Positions 29,254-42,457 of a DNA stretch of 64,000 nt are shown here, piece by piece. The translations under genes were made by a program, and so were the position numbers. Source of the DNA: the human T2T-CHM13v2.0 reference genome, Homo sapiens; assembly GCF_009914755.1 (NCBI RefSeq), contig NC_060931.1; one strand, written 5' to 3'. Position 1 is the stretch's first letter, and every line of letters starts with the position of its first letter. Below the pieces are notes generated by a model, which did no database searches, was not told the origin of the DNA, and was given only the letters and a program-made list of their open reading frames with translations.

Positions 29254-31946
29254 TTACACAGAATATAGAAAAGTTTGTTTAACTATTGTATAGAAACAGA
29301 TAACATAAATGAAATTAACACTTAAAATATAGGGCAAACCTAAATGATAAATATGAAATAGTTAATGAATATGAAATGAAATGATGTATATGAAAAATAT
29401 ACATAAAATGATGCTCCTGCTCACTGGTAGTAGGGTAGGTACAAAATAAAGTAACAATGAGATAATACTTTAAATGTTTCAGATTGGCAAAGATTTAGAA
29501 GTGCCATATTACCAACAAGATGGCAACAAATATTTTTGTACATATAATGGGGTAATTACTGCTTTTATTTCTAGGGAACAGATACCCAGAACAAGATTGT
29601 TGGGTCAAAGGAATTGCAGTAGTGGTAGCAATAGTAGCAGTATTAATCATAACAGTAACAATTACTATGATTAGTACCATAATGATAGTAGCAATCCACC
29701 TCCTGGTAATCTGCTAGAACATCATCATCATTGTAGTAGTTATAGTAATAACTGCAATACTGCTATTGCAGAGATAGCACTTATTATGTGCCACTGTTCT
29801 CAGCGCTGTATATATGTTAACTCTAATCCTCCTCACAACTCTAAAAGATAGGGAACTATGATTCCTATTTTACAGGCTAGGAAACAGACACTAAATGTGC
29901 CTGGCAAACATAGTAAGAAGCGTTAGCTATTTTGTATGTTAGTTAGATAGGTTGGCTACTTTTGTTTTTGTTGTTGTTATCACATACTTTTTTACATAGC
30001 AATTCCACTCCTATGACTCTAACCCAAATGAGAAACTAATTTAACAGCAAAAAAATCAAGAATTTACATGTATAGCATTGTGTATCTGTTGTGGACAGGT
30101 ATGAGTAAATCTATCTTTGTATGAAACAAAATAAAGAAAAACGTATACAAGATGCTTAACCTGGATTATTTTGTTGAAGCGTAGGTGATATTGGGAGAAG
30201 AGGAGGGCTGGAGAAATAGGGAAGCAATCTAAATAAGTCAATAAACCAGAACACACTCACACACACACACCACACACAAACATAGAAAGTTAGAAGGTTT
30301 AAGTACAGGGTAACAACAAAGAAATAACGTTTACATTCTCTGGGGACACAAAGAGCCCTGGAAGAGTTTCAGGAATAGGTGCTTTTATGCAAATTTCATT
30401 TCCAAGAGGAGTGATATTTTTGTTGAATGATTTGGTTCTTTTTTCCCACACAATGTAAAGTATTAACAAATTTTTCAAAGCTTTATTCTTTATTAAACAA
30501 CAACAACAACAATCTTAGTAATTCTAAGGTTCAAAACTCAGTAAGGGTCAAGTGAAAGACACTGTCTAGGGGCAAGAAAGCTGAATTCTGTTCCTGGCAC
30601 TGCCACCATTGGACTATCTGATCTTTGGCAAGTCACTTAATCTGCACTTAATTTCCTCACTCACAAAGGAAGGACGTTCAACCAGGCCATCTTTAAAGCT
30701 CCTTTTAGAAGTGGAATGTGATGATTCTATAATTAAAAAGCACAATGTAGAAAAGTGAAAAACTAGTAAACAGGAGTGATAATTATCATACATCTTAAAG
30801 AAATGGAGTTTAAACTCTTAATAACTTTTAATGATCCAGGTAATTTAATGATTCACTTAAAAATCAAGCTTTTAAGAAGTATAAACTACAATAAGATCAA
30901 CTTGTGATTTTACATTTCCAAATGGTGAATTTAACTACCCAATGCTTTAATTTTGAGAAATTAATGCTTTAATGTTGAGAAAAGGAATGCTGCCATTTTA
31001 GATATTTTCAGATTACTCACTGAAGTAAGACTTAATTTATCCTTTAAAATGGGGCCATCTATAAGGTGCAGTTCAACCTAAATGTCATCTTCTAGAGACC
31101 ACATGTAATAGCCCTATGAAAAAAAGGCTGGGCAATGCCAGCCAGTCAGCACGCCAGCCAGTCAGCCACATAAATAAATTGCACAATAAAATTTGTAACA
31201 GAAAATTTTGAATAAAATTATTAATAGAACACAAAAAAATGGAAAGAACAATTTGCTTAAGAATGGCAGCCTCCTGAAGCAACATTTACTGTTTAAATTG
31301 TTACATTTTCCTAAGTTTTATAAGTAATAATACGATTATTAATCATACTTTATTAAGATTTAAAGCATAAAAAGTCATTAACTCATAGGGCATAAAGATT
31401 TCCATGAGCTTGTTACATTTTATGTATTTTATTTCCTTAAATGGTTATGGGATTTTCCAAAAGCATACACACAATTCCTTAAACTTTGCCAACTTAGAAT
31501 TAGTTACATAAAAATCACCCTTCAGACCGTATGGAATCCCCTAGACAAATCTACTCAGCCTTTCTGTGATAGGTTATCTGGGTGTGAATTCCACCACCAC
31601 CTCCCCCTCGTCCCCGCCCACAAAAAATATATTAAGACTTGGCCCAACTAGATTTTACAGGCGACAGAGATGTAAAGAAACAATTTATGGCTTGCACAAT
31701 TATCTAAAATTCCCGCAAACAAGCAGTTCCCTAAGTAGTATGTCATAATTTTCTTATCTATGAGTAGAAGCACGTGCATTTATTTATATCCCTAGATTAA
31801 CTTCAAGTCTAATTTTACTGCCAGTAGTATCCAGGGGTGGATTTCTTTGTTCTAATTACAAATGGAACTTGAGCTAGATCAAAGGCATTTTAAGAAGGTC
31901 AAATTTTACTTCTCTGAAAAATAAAGGGTGTTATCCCATGTAATTA

Positions 31947-32150
<204 letters not shown>

Positions 32151-32708
32151 CTACTCCCAAGGGCAAAACGGCAGCGATCTGCAGGGGGCGGGGGAGAGAG
32201 AACACGGGACATCTCACCATCACGCTTCCCACAGCCTGCCCGTCCCTCCTCCACCCGCCCTCAGCAGGGTCCAGAGGGTCCCGAGGCCCAGTGCATTCGA
32301 GACATCGCCTCATCAAAAATCATTTGTTAAAATCATAATGGTAACTAAACTCCCAAAAGTTCCAAACCGGCTTCAGATAACACCTGCTGGGAAAAGAAAA
32401 GAGCAACTATCCGGATGAATGAAGTCGCACAGTAAACTCGCGTTCTCAGGGGACACGCGGCGGAGCCCTGTGCATTCTGATGAGACGCTCTTGAAAACCT
32501 CCCTCACTCCACGCCCCTCCTCGAGGACAGCTGTGCTCGGCACTGTCCTGAAGGTGAGAAACCACACTGCCCCCTACCCCGGACACGTCAGAGGCGCCAC
32601 CGGCAAGCCCGAGAGAATGAGCGCCCTTCTAGTTAGGACAGTTCCTGGGCACTCCAACTCCGCACCCCTCTACCCCGTCCCGCAGCTCGGGTGTGAATGC
32701 AAGGGACT

Positions 32709-32746
32709 GGGGCGGCGGGGCGGGGGCGGGGGCGGGGGCGGGGGGG
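32709..32746 (+). repeat. (GGGGGC)n run; G-quadruplex-capable, Sp/KLF boxes
   Basis: GGGGCGGCGGGGCGGGGGCGGGGGCGGGGGCGGGGGGG; second G-run cluster at ~32847-32870. Confidence 0.8.
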
Positions 32747-33164
32747 CAGCGCGGAGTTGAGATTCCGCCCGGCTACTAGGGTTTCTCTGGGAGAACGTGA
32801 GAAATGATGTTTTCGGCCCCAGAATGATGGATTAGCCTGGGACAGTGGGCGGGGGGCGGGGGGCGCCGGGGAATTAGGGCCGATGCAGCTGTGCAGACGC
32901 CGGGTTAGTCATTCAAACCCCGCTTCCCCCGCCCGGGACGCTCCCGCGACCCCTCGCTCAAAGCCGCCCGCGGAGCACAAAGCGAGCGCGGCCACCGACC
33001 CAGCCATCGCGTCCGCGCGCCCCCGGCAGGGCGCGAGGGGAAGCGCCGGCGGCAGGGAGCCCCAGAGCCAGCCCTTAAGTAGTTTAGCACACAGCGCGGA
33101 GGGCAGCCGCCGGCGGGCTGGCGGGACAGCGGGCAGGAAAGGCGACAGACGCGTGGCCACTTAC

Positions 33165-33470
33165 CGTCGGCGCTGGGCCCGGTGCCCCACGCCCGCCTGG
33201 GGATAGTCGGGGACGCACGGCGGGGGCTCATCGGGGCAGGGAACTTCTTCGCGGAGAGCCGGAGGGCTGCATTGGCTTCAGCTGGAGACGCTTCTTTCTC
33301 TTCCTCTCCCCCCGCCGCCGCCGTCGCCGCCTCCTGGGAAAAAGAAAAAAAAAAAAAAAAGTCCTGGGCAGCAGTTGCTGGAAAGTCTCTGCTAAGCCAC
33401 CTCCCAGCGCCGCTGTCCCTCCCAAGTCCTCTCCGAGTCCGGACGAGGCAGCGGCGGCAGCCAGGGCCAG
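33165..33470 (-). other. TSPAN12: TSPAN12 non-coding exon 1 (5' end approximate)
   Basis: Consensus donor ACG|GTAAGT at 33165/33164 inside the CpG island, ~1 kb upstream of the exon 2 acceptor. The TSS is not determinable from sequence alone. Confidence 0.8.
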
Positions 33471-35152
33471 CTGCACAAACTCTCAGCGCATGCTCGAGCC
33501 GCTGGCTGCCGGGGTTGGGTCCTAGTGGGTGTTTCTTGTCCCTCTCACCCAGCGAGAGTCCCCAAAGGGACGCTTCACCTCTGCAGGATAGGGTCCAGAA
33601 GATAATGCCTAGGAACTTGGGAGAAGTCCGTGCAGTAAATCCCTTTAAAATGGTGGCGTCGAAGGAATGGAGGCTGGGTTATAAGCATAGAGAAGCAGGC
33701 TTTTATTATATGATAATATTTGTGTTTGAGAAGGGGGGTGAAGGGGTGGCCCAACCCAATTCCTGCAATGAGAAACTAGTTTTCACAACCTTTATGGAGC
33801 CACCTCCTGTGATTTGTTATTAACATGGTGCCCTATGATCCTTCTTATTGCTTTGTTGCCCTCCCGGATTTTTTTTTTTTTAAGTTCTTTCCCACTTTCA
33901 TAGTGCACTAATAGCATTTACGGAAACATCAGAGTAATCATGTGCAGTCTGACATGCAGAAGAGGAGGAAAGAACATTTTTAACTCTTAGAAGTAACTCA
34001 AGCTTTCCAAAATTTCTCACGATAAGATTGTTTTGAGTTAACTGGGTGATTTATTTTGAAATGTGTACATAGTAGTGGATCTTTGGAAAATCTAATTTTT
34101 TTAAACTAGAAATTCATGAAGTATTACACAGCAGGAGACCATCCTTCCAAAAGAATCTTCCCTTTTAGAAGACAGAAGTTTCACACTAAATAAAATGCCA
34201 CTGGATCATATCCTCCACATAAAATGTGGATGTGTTGTGCTATGCCTCACAGTACTGCTCATTTCTAGGATTACTTTTGTGGGCACTGCATGGCAAATAA
34301 AACTTCACCAGCAAATATGAATTACCTGGAATACGAGCAACATCTTTGACCTAATAACTGGAGTCCTTGGATTTCCTTGCAGAAAAAAAAAAAAAAAAAA
34401 AAATGGAATCCTATGTCCATGACTGCCTGTCTAGAGTTAGTTGCTGCATGACTGGAGTGACAATAAGACATGCAGTCTCATATGGAAAAGTCAAGACCAA
34501 AAGACAACATGGTTGTCCTGGGTTAGGCTAGGAAAATTATTGGTAAGCAAGTCACTAAGCAGTATGTAAGACAGCAACCCAAAAGAGTATAAAGAAGTAT
34601 AGCCATACACAAAAAAAACACCAAGAAACATGTCCAGTTATCCATCAGATGACTCCAACTCTGATAATGAAGCAGCTTCTAGAATACTGGGGAAGAGCAA
34701 AGAAACCCACTTTTATCCTCTGCCAGTTTCTTCTCAAATTAGGGTGCATGCCTATTTTAAGCAAAGGACTGCTGAAACAACCAGCCATCCAAATGCTGTT
34801 GGTGCCATACATTCCCCGGAGAGGTATAAACATCCCCGCATTGAAAGGAGTCCATGACTGCTATTAAAACTGAGAAAAAGAGTGCCAACAATTCCCATGT
34901 GTCAAAGCAGAGATCCTCTTCTACTCCTAGAAGGTAGTTAAGTGCCCTTTCCTTAATTCGTATACCTTTAAGGGTCAACTGCCTTAAAGTAATAAAATAC
35001 TAGAGGAAGTTACTTTAGAAGTATGCATGTCCTCTTCTTCCTGGTAAACAAGAAATACAGATCCAAGATAAAGTAGTTGCTCAACGTCACATCTGTAGTC
35101 CAACCTAGATTCCAAAGTAAAATCCAGAATAATGGCTCTTAGTACTCTAGTT

Positions 35153-35328
35153 TAATGGTTCTCGAAATTGTTGTACACGAGAATCACTTGGAGAGCTTTG
35201 AAACAACCCTAATTCTCTGGCATGCCTGATACCACTTAAATCGGAGTCTCTGCAGGTGAGGCCTAGACACACAGGGTTTTCCAAGCTCCCAAGGTAATTC
35301 TAGTTTGCAGCAAAATTTGAAAACCCTG
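35153..35328. mobile_element. MER5A-like
   Basis: atggttctcgaaatt...gagaatcacttggagagcttt...aagctcccaaggtaattcta...tttgaaaaccctg. Confidence 0.7.
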
Positions 35329-36777
35329 CAACGAGGGCTTTACAGCTGCCTAAAAACTAGCAAAAGGGTCTCTTTAGATTTCGTTGGATCAAATCCCTCT
35401 CCTGTGAGTCGATAAATTGGGATTATTATCCCCATTTTACAAGTTAAGAAGAAAACAGAGCTGTAGTTACTGCTCTAATATTCCTGATAAATGGTCATCA
35501 GAGACAGTGAATCAACATTTCAGTAGAGGAGACCTCACCACATTTGAGACATTGCAGTAATGGGCAGTTTTTATTGCTTAAACTTGACCATACCACCTTT
35601 TAACTTCTACCCTTCAACCTTAGTTCCGCCCTTGGAGTCCATGGCATGAGCAAGCCTTCCTCCCATATGACAGCCCTTCAACTACTTGAAGGCAGCTGTT
35701 CTTCCCTCCCTCTCCAATTCTTCTCTTTCCCAGAATTGTGGAAGCACAGTAAGACTTCACATCGCAGCTGTCATTCTGAGGGTTCTATATTTTTCTCTGT
35801 GAGATCTGTTTTTTTGTGTGTGTGAACAAAAGGAGGATAGAAATATCATAATATGCACATAAAAATTTGAATATGTAATAACATATTAGGAAAATTGTAT
35901 GGTCTATTTACTACCCATTAGTCAGGAACCCAATTCTGTGGCCAGGTGTTCTCCAATAAGTATCATTTCAGTGGTGGTATCTACTGTGCCTCATGCTGAA
36001 GATACTAAGACAAGTTCTTACCCTCCAAGAAAAGGCAAAACTATCCTTTCTTATTATATAATAATAATAACAATAATAATGACATCAAAAAGTAATAAAA
36101 TAAGCATTTACAAGGAATCACATACATGTCAGTCCCAGTGTCAGGAGTAAAACTCAGCTATATGTAAGAGAATACAAGTTCCTCACTCCGTATGGCAGCT
36201 TGTTTGTTCATATCTTATTCTATTCATTCTGCTAAAGTTGTGGAGAGAAAAAGGATAACACAGGAGTTTGGATGTATGAGTTGCTATTCCTTCTTAGTAC
36301 AAGACCCTCACAAGTACTCCTAAGCCAGTACTTTACAATTAATATGGGATAGACACCTAATGTGTTTTGAACAAATTACATGTGTCTGACATAATAGGTG
36401 CTTCTCACAATTTATCTTATTAATTCCTCATAACTATATGTTGAGATACTTGAAATCAATTCAGATAGCTGATTTTTGCCAGACCCACACAGGTAGTAAA
36501 TAAAGAAGCTGAGATTCTAAGATCTGTCTGATTCTTTCCACTGTTTATCTGCATTACAATAAAATTTCAAATCTGGTTGGACAAGACTTAAGAGGAAAAT
36601 TTTCGAACTTTTTAAAGTTAGTTTTCGAGAATATGAAGCTGAAATTCAAATATGTGTACTTAAACTATGACTGGTAAATCTACTTTCACCTCACTTCTAA
36701 AAGAGTATACAGACCTAATAAGACCTGAGAAAATCCTTTCATTACTGAATTAAGTAGACTGCTTTCTACTGTAAGCT

Positions 36778-36989
36778 TAGGATTGCCAGATAAAATACAA
36801 GACACCTCATTAGATTTAAATTTCAGATAAACAACAATTTTTTATTTTTTGGTATAGGCATGTCCCAAATGTTGCATGGGACAAATATTGCACTGGACAT
36901 ACATATACTAAAAAATTATTCAATGTCTACCTGAAATTCAAATTGAATTGCAAACCCTACATTTGTATTAGTTGAATCTGGCCTCCCTA
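36778..36989. mobile_element. MER53 palindromic hAT MITE
   Basis: taggattgccagataaaataca...atgtcccaaatgttgcatgggaca...aatctggcctcccta. Confidence 0.85.
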
Positions 36990-36999
36990 TGCAAACTAG

Positions 37000-37840
37000 C
37001 AAATGCACTCAAAGAGCCACAAAAACAAATATGTTTCACATAACAATGAGTCCAGGAATAGCGATTCATCTGCCCAGTAGTGATATCAAGGAATCAGTTC
37101 TTTTTCCTCCTTACTCTCCTGACACACACAATGAGTAATCATACTATACTCAGGTACCTCCTCTTATGGTCACAAGATGGCTGTGCAAATTCAAGCATCA
37201 TTTTCAGTTACCATTACTTCCAAAGGAAGAAGGTATTTTCTCCTATGAGTTTCTCTTAGGATCTAGCAAACCTCTCCCAGGAGTTCTGCAGCAGATTATC
37301 CCTTTGATTGATTGGCTAGAACCTGGTCACATACTCATATATCTACCAATTATTCACAAGAACTATGGTTCTACCATAACTGGTTTGTTTTGTTTTGTTT
37401 TGTTTTGTTTTGTTTTGTTTTGTTTGAGACAGAGTCTCACTCTGTCACCCAGGCTTGAGTGTAGTGGCTCCATCTCTGCTCACTTAACCTCTGCCTCCCG
37501 AGTTCAAGTGATTCTCATGCCTTAGCCTCTCGAGAAGCTGGGACTACAGGTATGCACCACCACGTCGTGCTAATTTTGTCTTTGTAGAGACAGAGTTTCA
37601 CCATGTTGCCCAGGCTGGTCTCAAACTCCTGTCCTAAGGTGATCCACCCACCTCAGCCTCCCAAAGTGCTAGGATTACAGGTGTGAGCCACCATGACTGG
37701 CCAGGTTTTAAACCAATCAAGATGTATTACCTGTGCCTGGGACAGCCCTTCTCTAAAGCACAGGGCCAAAGAGAGGAAGGTAGATAACTGAACACAGTCA
37801 GATTTTTATTTGAACTGAGGGATAGAGAAAGGAAGGCATA
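37000..37840. mobile_element. Old MLT1-type LTR interrupted by an Alu
   Basis: atggtcacaagatggctg and gattggctagaacctggtcacat are typical of MLT1J/K/L. Confidence 0.55.
37385..37702 (-). mobile_element. AluJ/early S with (TTTTG)n tail
   Basis: Reverse dimeric Alu preceded by a tttgttttg repeat. Confidence 0.9.
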
Positions 37841-38336
37841 GTACCATCCTCTCTCCTGTTCACTGCTAGGACAACCCAGCTCTCAGCCAACCATTTTGGG
37901 GCACTACTTAGCAAAGTTTCTTAGTTATTGAAAGAACCACTGAAGCAGGAACCTCATGGCAATAGCAAAGGACCCTGAGAAAACTCGTATCACATCATTT
38001 CCATCCCATGCCATAAGCTTACTTTCAGCATCGTCATTTGCATTTACACACCAGGTAATTCTTTAAAGAAGTGCCCAAATCAGTACCCTCCTATGAAATC
38101 CTAGAAAACTTTTCTCTTAAACTTTATTGAAACCTGACCTTCATGCAAAGTTTAGAAATTTGGACTCACTTCACCCACAGATTTAATAAATATTTATTGA
38201 ATTGTTACTACAAACTCAGAACTGTGCTAGGAGATACCAAGAGTTCTACCATAATTTTGGCTCTCAAAAATTTATAACTTCATTAGCATGCTTCCTCTTC
38301 AGAAAGCAAAATTTATAGAATATAAGAGATCTTTTG

Positions 38337-38641
38337 TCCAGACTTGGTGGCTCATGTCTGAAACCCCAGCTCTTTGGGAGGCTGGGCCAGGAGTTGGAGA
38401 CCAGCCTGGGAAACATAGCAAATCCCATCTCTACAAAACATAAAAACAATTATCCAGATGCTGTGTGCCCACCTGTAGTCCCAGCTACTCAAGAGTCTGA
38501 GATGGGAGGAGCTCTTCAGCCCAGCAAGTCGAGGCTGCAGTGAGTCATTATTGCATTGCTGCACTCCAGCCTTAGCAACAGAGCAAGACCCTCTCTCTCT
38601 CTCTCTCTCTCTCAAACAGCAACAACAACAACAATAACAAA
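38337..38641 (+). mobile_element. Degenerate AluJ with (CT)n and (CAA)n tail
   Basis: ccagcctgggaaacatagca and gtcgaggctgcagtgag are J-type positions. Confidence 0.85.
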
Positions 38642-41600
38642 GAACTCTTCTCTTAATTTTCAGTTATTTGAAACAAAATGTAAGGAAAAGGAAGGAATAC
38701 ACGTCTATTTACAAACAGCTGCCAATTTCTACTTTTCTCAGAAAGATCCCTCAGGAATTATACTGTTATTCCACTACATCAGCTTTTTGTCACACCCACA
38801 ATACAACTGGGGAAAGATAATCAAATAGTTACCAAGAATATTAGATATTTGTCTTCGCCTGCTGCTCTTTTCATTTTCTTGGTGTGTTTTAAAACTTCCA
38901 GCTTACTCCAATGCTGTACTAAATAAAACACTTGTTTGTGACACTAGATAAAATCTTTTGTTTTTAAAATTATTTCTAGCTGGCTAATCCGAACTCACAA
39001 GTGTCCTCATCCTACCACGTGTAAAACAACCATTTGATTATTATTTGTGTGTATGTATACTAGCAATAACCATGTATGGAAAACTGGAGATGTTGTAAAT
39101 TCTCATTTCAAATTTCATGGTTTGAATGTAGAAATGATTGACTGATGAAAAAGAAAAAAAGTTAGTGTCCTTGGTTTCTTCTAGAAGAATGCATTTCTTC
39201 TCAATGCATTTGTTTTCGCTGCAAAGAATTATTATTTCTAGCAATTGCCGTTATGTTCTATTATCTTTGTATGGTTAGTTTTCTTTTGTAGAAAGCAATG
39301 TTAACTGATTGATTACTACTCACAGCAATAAAGGAAGATATATCATGTCAGCAACATAAGACACCCATAAATAACTCATACAGTTAGTTTATTGACTATA
39401 CATATTTCTATAATTTTCATCTATTTCTTGGCTTTATCAGCAATATTATTCCCTATAACTGACTAGAGAAAATACTTGGGATATAGTATGTTTGATTTAA
39501 GAAACATACATATTTTTCCAAAATGACTGCTAGAAATTAAATTATACATTTTGTTGTGAGTTTTATATTGGTGGTGTTTTACGAGTCACTGGTTCATAGA
39601 GAAGAATCTTACCAATTCTGCCGAAATGGAGATGAGCTGGTTCTCACTTTGGCTTAAAAAATGGCAGCAGCCAGCTTGGGCTGCAAGGCTGACCATATGT
39701 TGACTTAATTAACTAGGTCTCAACAGCTCTTCCTCGGGTGAGACATAAAAACTGAGAATATAGCTACCAAAATCATGTTGCTCAAGTGGGCTCTCTTTCT
39801 TGATCTTTTCTTCCTTTTATTGTCACTAGCTTGCACATATGCAAATGACATCATAAATCATTTCCCCTTTTTCCTTTTCTCCACAACTTTCCTTCTATTC
39901 AGACCAGTGTTCCCAACTATCCCATGAATTTATCACATTTGCTAGACATCCAAGTTTTTACAAACGTGCCTTATTCAGTTATGGGAACAGGCATGGATGG
40001 CCAGAACCTAAAAACTAGACCAATCAATTAGGGTGTGACTGGAATTTGAGTGAAGACCCATCAAAAGGCAATGTAAATTCAGGCAGTCAAGCAGAACCAA
40101 GTATGAAGGGAATGTGTTGGCAAGCACTAGGTGGAAATTATGGCAGGAAGACAGATGGCAATATCACAGAATCCCAGCAAATGGTAAGAAAACTCAGTGG
40201 CACAGGAATCGGTCAGCAAAAAACATGAAAAGTGTCACGCAAGTAAGGAAAGACCCCAGTCCATGTCAAGACAAATTAGCCAGTCTCTGCCAACACTCGG
40301 TGAAGTTGATCCAGGGAGATGAACTTAGGTCCCTAGAAAAGCAAGATTCAAAAGCAAAAAACACCATCCCAGAGAAACTTCTCTAGACCCTACTTTTAAA
40401 AGTGGTAATGTTAAGATTTTAAAAGTTAGAGGTTTCCAGATTAAGGAAGATCTTAAAGGCTGTCCTGAGGAGTTTGCAGTTTATTCAGAGGCAATGACAA
40501 TCCTGAAACATGTTGATATGAGCAGAAAAATGACATAAACAAACAACAGCAGGAGTTTGAAGTCAGACCTGGATTTAAATGCTGGCTTTACCAAATGTTA
40601 GTAATGGGATTATGAGCAAATGATCTCATGTCCACAAGCCTCAGTTTCCTTATCTGTATACCTACCACCGAAAGTGGTCATGAGTAATATGTAATTATGA
40701 GCCTAAATTTAGCTGGGGTCACACTGCCCTTTAAGGTTTAAATAGAATAGGCCAGCCTCTTTCCCACAAGGAGTGGGTGAAAATGTTTTCCCCTTGCAAT
40801 CCCTCTGGGGATTCTAGAGATGGGGAGAGAAGGAGGAAACACTTTTTCTCCAGTTCTGAATCCATTTATGGATCATCTTTCCAACTCATACATGCTGTTC
40901 TTTTCTCTAAAGGGTGAACAGTCTTCAAGAAAAGATTTCTTCCCTGTCCAAAAGTCTATGTTCATAGCTGCCTTTGAGTGAAGTCACAAAGAATCTGAAA
41001 GTATTGCTGTAGCAGCACTGTATACAACTCAAAACCAAATATCAGAAATTCTCTAGTCCTACTTATTTCTTCCTTGTAGTCTTTCCCTGCAGTTCCCATG
41101 TTGAGTGGCTGCCTCTTCTCTGATCTCACTCATTGTTTACACCCCAATTCTAAATTCCTGGTAACTTCTCAGGCAGACAACATAGCTATCTTTTTTGTTT
41201 TACTGTCTTCTTTCAGTCTAGGCCTCAGAGATCTCATCTTTCACATACTTCTCTCCCTGCAAGAAATTCTGGTGCTTTTTACTTAAAACAACAACAAAAG
41301 AAAGAAAGAAAGAAAAAAGCCACTGTTACAGTGCTTACTATATGCCAGAAAGTATTCTAAGAGCTATACATATATTAATAATTTAATCCTCAAAAAAGCC
41401 CATATTGTATATGAGAAAAACAAAACAGATCATGCAGTTAGTAAAGGTCAAGCCAAAATTCAGTGCGGGGTGTTGTGGCTCCAGAGTCTTGTGATAGCTG
41501 ATAGCACCAAACAAGTGCCTAGAAATAAATGGTTGTGCAATTATTAGGAAGATTATTCTGATAACCATATGTAGGGTAAACTTGAGACAGGGATAACAGT

Positions 41601-42042
41601 AGTGAGACAATTATTTGGCAGTATTTAACAAAGAAGATTCTGTGGAGCACTAAACTTTTGAGCATTCTATAGGCAAATGCATTTAGGAAATGCTAACTAT
41701 TATATTTGCCCCTTAGAACTTTTGCAAACTCTAGCGTAGTAGAGATTCTGAGAACTCCTATAAGAAAGGAATTTCTTTCACTTCGTATAACCCAGCACTT
41801 CCTAAATACATTCGATCAAGTAATCTCTGTGTATCTCTGTGTGTATTTGTGCCTGTGTGTGTGAGAGAGAGACAGAAAAAAAGACAGAGAGAGTTCTTAT
41901 TAATAGTGAATAGACCTAATACTCAATTGCACATATTTTGAGAAATATCAATTTCTACAAAGAAATACAGAGCTATTTCAAAGGACCTAGCAGCTAAATA
42001 GATGTGAGGCACAAAGATATAGAAATACAGGGGAAATATAAG

Positions 42043-42457
42043 TGATATATAGTTTGAATGTATGTTTCTGTTAAGTCTCATGTTGAACCGTAATCCCCAG
42101 TGTTGGAGGTAGGCTCTGGTAGGATGTGTTTGGATCATGGGGATGGATCCCTCAAGAATGGCTTGGGCCATCCCCTTGGTGATAAGGGAGCTCTTGCTCT
42201 GAGTTCACACAAGATCTGGTCATTTTAAAGTATGTGGTGCCACCCCACCTCCTTGCTCCTGCTTTCACCGTGTGAGATGCCTACTACTCCTTCGGCTTCT
42301 GTCATGATTGTAAGCTTCCTGAGGCCGCTCCAGAAACAGATGCTGGTGTTTTGCTTCCTGTATAGCCTGCAGAACTGAGAGCAAATTAAACCTCTTTTCT
42401 TACAAATTATGCAGTCTCAGATATTTATTTTTAGCAAGGCAAGAACGGCTTAATACA
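42043..42457 (+). mobile_element. Solo MSTB LTR
   Basis: tgatat...taataca termini; TSD ataag at 42038-42042 and 42458-42462. Confidence 0.88.

Noticed and set aside
30941-31166. Small tandem duplications (aatgctttaat.ttgagaaa x2; gccagccagtcagc x2)
   Set aside because: Ordinary slippage-scale duplications with no further structure.
32177-32190. CTCF-like TCTGCAGGGGGCGG overlapping the exon 2 acceptor; weaker matches near 11866, 58713 and 59305
   Set aside because: Explained by the acceptor's C-rich tract or only partial matches; cannot be supported without ChIP data.
33182-33823. 213-aa plus-strand ORF over the promoter
   Set aside because: GTG start, GC-rich antisense shadow of exon 1, poly-K comes from the A run; no recognisable domain.
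34630-34857. 75-aa ATG ORF divergent from the promoter (MSSYPSDDSNSDNE...)
   Set aside because: No recognisable homology or splice structure; length compatible with chance.
37385-38641. Second inverted Alu pair upstream of the gene
   Set aside because: Old, divergent copies outside the known transcript; weak pairing expected.
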